Shown here in pieces: positions 55,833-64,000 of a stretch of DNA of 64,000 nt. A model generated the notes under the pieces. That model searched no databases. It was given only the letters and a program-made list of their open reading frames with translations, and was not told the origin of the DNA. The position numbers were made by a program, and so were the translations under genes. Position 1 is the stretch's first letter. The number at the start of each line of letters is the position of its first letter. The DNA is taken from contig JBAZXV010000008.1 in NCBI GenBank assembly GCA_041659685.1, positions 3,332 through 67,331 on the forward strand, read 5' to 3'. The stretch comes from Parcubacteria group bacterium. Its GTDB lineage: Bacteria; Patescibacteriota; Minisyncoccia; Moranbacterales; UBA11712.

Positions 55833-56534
55833 TTATTTGAATTTGAAGCTGCCCACGATTTTATCGGCTAAAACGCACCTGGCATCCTTTTTTTGCCCGG
55901 AGCAATCATCTGTCTTTGTATACGCGTATACCGACTCGTCTTTTTCAGTAATTTTTTCTCCGGCCGCCTCGCAAAGCGTCTCATTGCCCTTTTGGCATCC
56001 GTTTTCCATCTCTTCCCACTCCTCAGAGCTGAATTTCCGGATAGTGAGAAAGGTCTTGTTTATTTTGTCCAAATCACGCGATTTTTTCTCTCCTCCGTCC
56101 GAAAGATAAAGCTGGAGATACTGGTTGGAAAGCGCGTCATCCACCGGACTCTTTACAAAGCCCGCTTTGTATTTCCAGTCCCCGATTTGAGACGGAATTC
56201 GAAGCGTAAAATCAAAACTCGGGTCGTTCAGATCCTGATTCGCGCCAGCAGAAGTTTTGTTGTTTCCGTTGGCGGACGCGACATAAAATGCGCTGTTGTC
56301 CCTGATTATTATATTTTGAGAGCTGATGAGAGAAATTAAAAAAATGAAGATGGCCAATTCCAAAACGGCAGTCAGAATAATAAGAGAAACACTGAACCTT
56401 AAGTTCGCTCTTTCTTTTCCCGATTTTTTGGAATTAAAAGATTCGGCGATAGCGCTCTTTGAAGCGCTTTTTTTCGCCGCTTTGAAATTTTTTCCAAGCA
56501 GGGATTTTTTTTCTTTTTTTGTCCTCCTGGTCAT
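55833..56534 (-). CDS. hypothetical membrane-anchored protein with Cys-containing extracytoplasmic domain
   Basis: 233 aa. Lys-rich N-terminus, one TM segment, four Cys in the C-terminal half. Confidence 0.5.
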   Translation of the reverse strand: MTRRTKKEKKSLLGKNFKAAKKSASKSAIAESFNSKKSGKERANLRFSVSLIILTAVLELAIFIFLISLISSQNIIIRDNSAFYVASANGNNKTSAGANQDLNDPSFDFTLRIPSQIGDWKYKAGFVKSPVDDALSNQYLQLYLSDGGEKKSRDLDKINKTFLTIRKFSSEEWEEMENGCQKGNETLCEAAGEKITEKDESVYAYTKTDDCSGQKKDARCVLADKIVGSFKFK

Positions 56535-56660
56535 TTTTGTTTTTTAAGATTTATTTTTATCATTTTACCATAAAGCCATATTTCCGGCAACGAATGTTTT
56601 TTTTGGCCGCAATGGAATTATTTTCGGGAAAGGAGCGGGATCAAGTCGATTAATACCGGC

Positions 56661-58055
56661 CTATTTCCCGGAATTCACTTTTCTTATTAATGATTTTTCC
56701 GGGTAATAATCTTTCAGTCTGATGAAATAGACATTTTTGCTTCCGCCGTGGGCAGATTTCACTTTTTCGCCATCCTCTTTTCTTATCTCTTCCACCCTAT
56801 CGGAAATAACTCCGGACGGAGTGACGATCTCGACTTTCTCTTTCTCGCTGAGAACGTTGTGAATCTTTACCTGCTTAAACCCCGCGAAGCAAGCGCGGCT
56901 TTCCCCCGAGTCAAGACTCGCCCTGGTATTTTCTTTATTATTTATCCCCTTCCGCAGAAAACTGCGACCACAAGCTCGCCTTATGAATGCTTCCTTCTCT
57001 GCTTCGAGGAATTTCGCTCCCCCGAAGGAGCGGACGGATATCCCGTACGCAAAATTGGGGGGCTTCATAACTTCCCCGACAAACTGCCAACGATTTTTTT
57101 CATGTGAAAGGTCAAAATTATTTTCCCACTTGTCTTTTCCGAATAAAAACCCGGTCGTGTATCCGCGATTATTAAGTTTCAGAAGCTCTCCCTTGGCGCT
57201 CTTTACCGTTTTCTTCAGCTCCTTTAAACCCTTCTTGTTCTTTATCGCATCCAACACCATCCGATAGTTTCTTACGACCGTTGAAACATAATAGACGCTC
57301 TTTGTTCGTCCCTCAATTTTGAATGAATCTATCCCGGCTTTTGCCAGATCATCCAAATGCTCAATGAGACAAAGGTCTTTGGAATTGAATATATATGTCC
57401 CCTGCTCGTCTTCTTGTATTTCAATAATGTCCTTTTCTTTTTTCGTTACTCTGTACGGCCAGCGGCACGGCTGGACGCAATCCCCGAGATTCGCGCTCCG
57501 CCCGCGCATCCAGCTCGACAGAAGACACCGCCCGGAAAGACTCATACACATCGCCCCGTGAACAAAGTATTCAAGCTCGATCCTGGGACACGCTTTCCTT
57601 ATCTTCTTTATTTCTTCGAGCGTTACTTCCCTTGCCAGAATTATCCGTTTTACGCCCTGCTTTTCCCAAAATCTTACCGCTTCGGAATTAGTCGTGTTGG
57701 CCTGGGTGGAAAGGTGGATCCTTATTTTCGGGGAGATTTTTTTGGCCAAACTGACAATTCCCGGATCACTGATAATAAGCGCGTCCGGTTTGATTTTCGC
57801 GATGAACTTCAAATGCTTTTCGAGAATCCCGAGATGACGCTCGTGGGCAAAAATATTCAAAGTAAAATATATTTTCTTCTTCCGGCTGCGCGCTATCCCT
57901 GCCGCTTTTTCAAGTTTCTTCTCCGTAAAATCATTTATTCTTGCGCGTAAAGAAAAATTCGGATGGCCGACATAGGCGGCATCCGCGCCGAAGTGATAGG
58001 CATATTCTATTTTTTCGAGGCTCCCGCCGGGAGCAACGAGTTCAAGTTTTCGCAT
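56661..58055 (-). CDS. peptidase U32 family protein
   Basis: LELVAPGGSLEKIEYAYHFGADAAYVG...EYFVHGAMCMSLSGRCLLSSW. Confidence 0.85.
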   Translation of the reverse strand: MRKLELVAPGGSLEKIEYAYHFGADAAYVGHPNFSLRARINDFTEKKLEKAAGIARSRKKKIYFTLNIFAHERHLGILEKHLKFIAKIKPDALIISDPGIVSLAKKISPKIRIHLSTQANTTNSEAVRFWEKQGVKRIILAREVTLEEIKKIRKACPRIELEYFVHGAMCMSLSGRCLLSSWMRGRSANLGDCVQPCRWPYRVTKKEKDIIEIQEDEQGTYIFNSKDLCLIEHLDDLAKAGIDSFKIEGRTKSVYYVSTVVRNYRMVLDAIKNKKGLKELKKTVKSAKGELLKLNNRGYTTGFLFGKDKWENNFDLSHEKNRWQFVGEVMKPPNFAYGISVRSFGGAKFLEAEKEAFIRRACGRSFLRKGINNKENTRASLDSGESRACFAGFKQVKIHNVLSEKEKVEIVTPSGVISDRVEEIRKEDGEKVKSAHGGSKNVYFIRLKDYYPEKSLIRKVNSGK

Positions 58056-58064
58056 CAGTTGATA

Positions 58065-58089
58065 AAAATAATCCCACTTAGAAGCGGAG
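58065..58089. repeat. solo REP-like palindrome type 2 (CACTTAGAAGCggagCTTCTAAGTG), inverted relative to 16031
   Basis: The same stems as the 16031 copy with a reverse-complemented loop. Intergenic between the U32 gene and the 58155 gene. Confidence 0.65.
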
Positions 58090-58154
58090 CTTCTAAGTGA
58101 ATGCGGATAACTTTATTCACGTAACAAATATTGAAGAAATTTTTGATTATTTTT

Positions 58155-58973
58155 TTATTTTTCTCCCCTGATTCTCTTGTTGTTTTCGAGCACAGCTTTC
58201 ACAAATTTCGGGTCATAGCCGGCTTTCTCGCTGGCTTTCGCAATCGCGTTCACATCTTTCGGCAGGCACTTGCCGGCAAATCCCCGTCTGTCCGGATATA
58301 CAGCGGAATACATTCTCCCTACCCGTTTGTCGAGAAGCCACAGTTCTCTGAGTTCCTTATACTCAACTCCGAAAGCCTCGGCCATACCGAAAAATTCATT
58401 GCAAAAAGTCACTTTGGTCGCGATGAAAGCGTTTTCCATATATTTCACAAGTTCAGCTGTCGTGGAATCGGTGATAAAAAACTTCGCGTCCGCTCCCATA
58501 ACTGCGATGAAAAAATCCAAAATAGCCGAGGCGCTTCTTTTGTCTCCTCCAACAATTTGAAAATTATGAAATTTCATGTCGGTCGGATGGGGATATTTCC
58601 AAAAAGGGACGAAATAGGGAACCCCGGCGCCTTCTCCCATATATTCAGGAGAGAAGCAGATTTTTTTGCCGGTTTTCTCGACCAACATTTCCGTTGTGCG
58701 GGGCGGAATGGTGCTTTTCACAAGAATGAGCGGAGTTTCAAGCCACCCCAAAGTTTCTTCGATGATGGAAAGGTCGCAAGAGCCATCCTCCCCCATCGGG
58801 GTCGGAACTGAGACCACTCCCAGGTCGCACTGGTTTATTTCTTCCTGCGAGGCCGAACCCTCGACATGCGGGTCGAAATAAATCGTTTCAAAATTGTCCT
58901 TGAAAAAATTATAGACTCCTTTTCCGACGTAGCCATAACCGATCACGGCCACTTTTTTCTTTGCTTTTTCCAT
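58155..58973 (-). CDS. UDP-glucose/GDP-mannose dehydrogenase family protein, short (lacks the usual C-terminal domain)
   Basis: VAVIGYGYVGKG NAD-binding motif and catalytic-Cys motif GFAGKCLPKD. Only 272 aa. Confidence 0.65.
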   Translation of the reverse strand: MEKAKKKVAVIGYGYVGKGVYNFFKDNFETIYFDPHVEGSASQEEINQCDLGVVSVPTPMGEDGSCDLSIIEETLGWLETPLILVKSTIPPRTTEMLVEKTGKKICFSPEYMGEGAGVPYFVPFWKYPHPTDMKFHNFQIVGGDKRSASAILDFFIAVMGADAKFFITDSTTAELVKYMENAFIATKVTFCNEFFGMAEAFGVEYKELRELWLLDKRVGRMYSAVYPDRRGFAGKCLPKDVNAIAKASEKAGYDPKFVKAVLENNKRIRGEK

Positions 58974-59071
58974 AAATATGAATTAAATCTTAATTAAAAA
59001 AATAATGCCTCCTACAATGCTATCAGCTTAATTTCTATTTTGCAATATTCGCATGAGATCCTGATAAAATT

Positions 59072-60211
<1,140 letters not shown>

Positions 60212-60352
60212 CTAAATTCTAAACAAATTCAAATTTTCCAAATTCAAATGCTGAAAAATTTTTGAATTTTGGTTATTTGAATTTTTCAGCCAGAGACTGA
60301 TCCGCCTTTGGCAGAGATATCGTTCAGGATTTAGAAATTAGTATTTAGGATT

Positions 60353-62323
60353 TTAATTTACAATTTCCCCCAAATCGCCCACGCCCATATCTTCCATTAA
60401 ATTGGTATTTTTCCCTCCGGAAGAAATTTCGAGTTTTTGTTTCGTGAAAGTATCATTGGCCGAAAAAACAGTTTTGGCAAGGAGGGACGCATAATCGCCG
60501 ACTTGGTTCTGACTCGGAACGAGGCCGACTTGAAATACCAACTCGCGCGGGTCGGTGAGCACGCCGATGCCGGCCGGCATAGAGCCTATATCCCAAGTCA
60601 ATTCATTGGTTCGATCATTGAAAATCACATCGGCGCTCTGCGGCAGAAAAGAATTTTTCCATTTCACGCCCGAAGCAAGAACCGCAGTCACTTTCGCATC
60701 GGTGACGTCGTTTGAGACATTTAGAAGCTTAAGGTGAAGAGTGAATGTGGTTTCCCCTCCGACTTTCGGCGGAATAGGCCCGGAATTGGAAATTTCCGCG
60801 TCATTATAATATCCTTCCGTCGCGATTCCCAGTTTGGAATTGAGCTTAACCCCGACAGTGTTTCCGGAAATAATTTTATTCGAGCCCTCCGGCGTTGGAA
60901 TATCAGGACTGTCTGCCCTGACTACGGCGCTAAAAGTAAAGTTTTTGTCGCCTGACCCCGAAACAGGAATGACTTCCTTTATGGGAATGGAAAAAACAAT
61001 TTCACCTCCGTCTCCCGGATTAAGGCTTTTGAGCTTTGGAATATCCGAGGCCTTCCAGGTTATTATCCCGTTTTGAGAATCCAGCCCGCCCTCGCCCGAG
61101 GGCATGTTTATCTGAGTGTAATCCAGCACGGGACTCTTTATTTCTTCCGATATGATGACATCCCTGAGTCCGACTGTCCCCGTATTTTGATATTTTACCT
61201 TAAAACTAAGCATTTCTCCGGCGTTTACATTAATGGAGTCTTTTGAATTATTAATGGTTTGTTCGATCTTAACAGGGGAAGCGAGTATCTTTACGCCGCT
61301 TGCCGCCTCGTTATAGGGAATAAATTCTCCATCGCTCCCGAACTGTCCGATGGCGGCCTTAAAATTTTTTGTTTCCCCGTTAAGGCCATTGAGCGTACCG
61401 TTGAATTTGACTTCTCCGCTTTGCCCCGCCCCAAGATTCCCTGCGTACCATACGTTATTATCGCTGGGAGGCAATGGCTCGGAAGAAATATAGGAAAATT
61501 CCCTGGGATAGTCCACTTTTATTTTAAGATCTTTCATTTCTTCCTGGCCGGTGTTTTGGTATTTCACAACATAGGAAACGGCGTTCCCTGCTACGACGCT
61601 CTGCGGGCCATTCATCTCCAGTGAGAGCGGGCTCGAAGAGATGAAAACTGCAGCTTTGTTTTTTGTTGTGAAAGTCGAACTAAAATTCGAGGAACTGTAA
61701 TCCAGGGAAACATCGACATAAACCAGAAGATCTTTCGGACCGAAAAATTTCCCTTTAAGAATAACTTTCCCGCTGCCGCGCCCATCGATTGTTCCGACAT
61801 TCTGTTTTCGCGAATTCGGGCCGTCAGATTCAAAATTCAGGTCTCCTTCGGGTTTGAAGTTTTCCGGATAATTGATATGGAGAACAGCATCCCTGAGACC
61901 GGCTCGGTTAAGATTCTGGTAATCAATATCGAATGAAACCAAATCACCGCTTTGGACTTTTTCGGGACCGGAAACCGAGACCTTGACTTGGTCTTCCGAA
62001 AAGGCGCTTTTTCGATAATAAATCACTCCCCAAACTAAACCGGCGAGAACCAGGGCGGCGGCGGCCGATATTAAGCTTATTTTTTTGATCTTCTTGTTTC
62101 GCTGCCACTTTTTTTCTTCGATTTCTTTTATGAATATTGCGTTCGACTCATTTTTTTTCGCCTCAAAAGACGCTGCGGAAAACGGATTTTCCTCGGCTTC
62201 GCGCGGGTTTATCTGGCTGTAGCTAAAGGGCCGCCCCTCCTCGTCGTCCCGCTGATAGATATTTTTCTCAACATCCCGAAGAGACATTGCCTGTATTTTA
62301 CAATAATTCGAGGGAAGCCACAA
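60353..62323 (-). CDS. N-terminally anchored surface protein with three DUF11-type repeats
   Basis: TM LISAAAALVLAGLVWGVIYY. Repeats GDLVSFDIDYQNLNRAGLRDAVLHINYPENF, GNAVSYVVKYQNTGQEEMKDLKIKVDYPREF and GEMLSFKVKYQNTGTVGLRDVIISEEI. Confidence 0.6.
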   Translation of the reverse strand: MWLPSNYCKIQAMSLRDVEKNIYQRDDEEGRPFSYSQINPREAEENPFSAASFEAKKNESNAIFIKEIEEKKWQRNKKIKKISLISAAAALVLAGLVWGVIYYRKSAFSEDQVKVSVSGPEKVQSGDLVSFDIDYQNLNRAGLRDAVLHINYPENFKPEGDLNFESDGPNSRKQNVGTIDGRGSGKVILKGKFFGPKDLLVYVDVSLDYSSSNFSSTFTTKNKAAVFISSSPLSLEMNGPQSVVAGNAVSYVVKYQNTGQEEMKDLKIKVDYPREFSYISSEPLPPSDNNVWYAGNLGAGQSGEVKFNGTLNGLNGETKNFKAAIGQFGSDGEFIPYNEAASGVKILASPVKIEQTINNSKDSINVNAGEMLSFKVKYQNTGTVGLRDVIISEEIKSPVLDYTQINMPSGEGGLDSQNGIITWKASDIPKLKSLNPGDGGEIVFSIPIKEVIPVSGSGDKNFTFSAVVRADSPDIPTPEGSNKIISGNTVGVKLNSKLGIATEGYYNDAEISNSGPIPPKVGGETTFTLHLKLLNVSNDVTDAKVTAVLASGVKWKNSFLPQSADVIFNDRTNELTWDIGSMPAGIGVLTDPRELVFQVGLVPSQNQVGDYASLLAKTVFSANDTFTKQKLEISSGGKNTNLMEDMGVGDLGEIVN

Positions 62324-62340
62324 ATCAAATCCTCTCGGGA

Positions 62341-63057
62341 TCAGGCAAAATAGAATTTGCGGAAAACTTTAGTAAGAACCATCAGTCTTTCCAGTTCTTC
62401 TTTCGGAATTTTTATTTTTACCGCATTCTCAAGAGAGTTTGAAAGGAAGAGGCGCAAAAGCTTGATCTGATTGTCTGAGATTGGAAAAATATTTTTTTCT
62501 TTCGGGCCGCAAACCGAACAGGCAATGCCTCCTTTTTCAAGGCTGAAAAAATTTTGCCCGCTTTTCGGCTTTTTTTTGCAGACAACGCATTTGGCCACTT
62601 CCGGCTTTTGCCCCATTTGGTCAAACAGCTTCCACCAGAAAGCGAGGATCGCAAGTTCGTCTCTTCCTTTTTTGCCCCGGCCCGCATTGCAATCCAGCGT
62701 TTTCAGAAAATTAAGAAGGAGATCGAATATTTTTTTATCAGCTTCCCCCTCGCTGAAAAATCTTGAGAAAAATCTGGAAGCGCCGATAAAAGCCTGAAGT
62801 TTTTCAAGACTGCTTTTTATTTTCTTGAAGTTCATGGCCGCGATCGCACCCGTGATTTGCCCCCGTCCGCGCGAACGGGCCACATAAACTTCAGAAAGCG
62901 TTGCCGGCTCGAGATGTCCGGCCAGTTTCGCGGCCGGTTTCCGCACTCCTTTTGCCGCCACCTTAAGAAGGCCCTGCTCAAGAGTATACATTGTATAAAG
63001 ACGGTCAAATTCTCCGATTTCTCTCGAAGTCAAAATAATGGCTGTGTATTTTTGCAT
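62341..63057 (-). CDS. recO: DNA repair protein RecO
   Basis: N-terminal OB-like region MQKYTAIILTSREIGEFDRL and a C-terminal C4 zinc finger (CVVCKKK...CSVCG). The called ORF extends to 63084. Confidence 0.75.
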   Translation of the reverse strand: MQKYTAIILTSREIGEFDRLYTMYTLEQGLLKVAAKGVRKPAAKLAGHLEPATLSEVYVARSRGRGQITGAIAAMNFKKIKSSLEKLQAFIGASRFFSRFFSEGEADKKIFDLLLNFLKTLDCNAGRGKKGRDELAILAFWWKLFDQMGQKPEVAKCVVCKKKPKSGQNFFSLEKGGIACSVCGPKEKNIFPISDNQIKLLRLFLSNSLENAVKIKIPKEELERLMVLTKVFRKFYFA

Positions 63058-63163
63058 AAATTTTATTCTATAGCATTCGGGCAAAATATGAAAATCCGCA
63101 AATTTAAAAGCGCCGCGGGAGTCCCCCTCTCCTCACGGCGCCTGGTTTTCGTTTGGGATGTGA

Positions 63164-63718
63164 TTAGAGCACCCCGTATTTCCTAAGCTCGGCCAGTTCG
63201 GCTTTCCAAACTCCCCAGCCAGTCCAAAGGCCGAACGCAATTCCCCCGGCAATTCCCCAGCGGCTCTGGTGAAAGGCATAGCCGAGACACGCTCCCAGAT
63301 AAGAGAGGATCATCAGGGAGAGCAATAGACCGAAATTCGTCTTTAGGGAGGGTTGGGATAATTTCTCAATGAATTCCCCGGTCCCATAGACCGCTTCCCC
63401 CGAAAGATCGGCGATCTCGTCCGGGAAATAATAAACGAGCAGGACAAAAGCCGACACAATGGCTCCGATTTCCGGAGATTCCATCCACCATTCAAACAGA
63501 AAAATAAAGATGGTGGAAACTATAAAAACGAAAGATCCCATCTTCACTGCCATTGCCAGACCGGGCTTGGAAGGAGGTTTGGGGTCAACCGGCACCTCAA
63601 CGCACCAGTAGCCATTCTCCTCCTTACTATAGATATAAATCACATAGACAAAAATGAATACAGCAAAACAGTAAGTCATTACGGCCAGGATGTTCCAAAT
63701 TCCAATCAGATAAGCCAT
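63164..63718 (-). CDS. hypothetical polytopic membrane protein
   Basis: 184 aa with 4-5 hydrophobic helices. Confidence 0.5.
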   Translation of the reverse strand: MAYLIGIWNILAVMTYCFAVFIFVYVIYIYSKEENGYWCVEVPVDPKPPSKPGLAMAVKMGSFVFIVSTIFIFLFEWWMESPEIGAIVSAFVLLVYYFPDEIADLSGEAVYGTGEFIEKLSQPSLKTNFGLLLSLMILSYLGACLGYAFHQSRWGIAGGIAFGLWTGWGVWKAELAELRKYGVL

Positions 63719-63751
63719 ACCCTGCCACCTCCCTGAAAAATTTGATGGTTA

Positions 63752-63964
63752 TTATTTGTTACTTTTCCTTCTTCGGCTATCAAGTATTTCCGCCAACTCC
63801 TGCGGAAAATCCCTGAACATAAAGAGGGTTAGCAATCCGACGCACAAAACAACTACCGATAAATTCTTCGACAGAAAATACATGAAATCATCAAGCATGG
63901 CCGCCTCCTGACTTTGCCAAAAAATTGTTAAAAGAGCCTTATTATTAAAATTAATAATTTTCAA
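63752..63964 (-). CDS. hypothetical small membrane protein
   Basis: 70 aa with one hydrophobic helix. Confidence 0.3.
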   Translation of the reverse strand: MKIINFNNKALLTIFWQSQEAAMLDDFMYFLSKNLSVVVLCVGLLTLFMFRDFPQELAEILDSRRRKSNK

Positions 63965-64000
63965 AAATTTTGCTTATACTTTTTTCAGCCAGATCTTTAT

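Overview
This window is AT-rich, gene-dense and almost entirely minus-strand coding. The gene set is ordinary housekeeping: uppP, glmS, leuS, metG, glyQS, tgt, recO, rsmI, pepA and an atpBEFHAGD-C operon. The short protein variants and many small membrane proteins look like a reduced-genome, CPR/Patescibacteria-like bacterium (inference). The first ~14.76 kb is very different. It is markedly GC-rich and carries one continuous minus-strand reading frame of more than 4,900 codons that runs off the window start. No complete minus-strand ORF in that frame appears in the ORF track, which fits an ORF that leaves the window without a stop. The plus-strand ORFs there are shadow ORFs. I verified the frame at seven points, and it encodes a giant modular surface protein. 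It has an N-terminal signal/TM segment, about 16 GNVGIGTT-type beta-helix repeats, five LamG/ConA-like jelly-roll domains and two Kelch-like six-blade propellers. Its modules are near-identical at the DNA level. Directly upstream on the same strand sits a membrane-tethered HTH protein. Next comes a surface-protein cluster that resembles the Firmicutes Csc/WxL locus, with three WxL-like and two DUF916/DUF3324-like secreted proteins. Mobile DNA includes two HUH (Y1) RAYT/IS200-like transposase genes flanked by REP-like hairpins, and two of those REPs supply coding sequence to genes. Two GxxExxY selfish-element genes are present. One is inserted between atpD and atpC, and the other carries an in-frame TAA. 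Nearly every intergenic spacer in the housekeeping block is a large imperfect palindrome built from iterated 6-8-nt units. A T-box consensus (GGGUGGAACCGCGG, bulge UGGA matching tRNA-Gly U73-CCA) lies in the glyQS leader. mntH appears frameshifted. A lone plus-strand radical-SAM/SPASM gene is also present.
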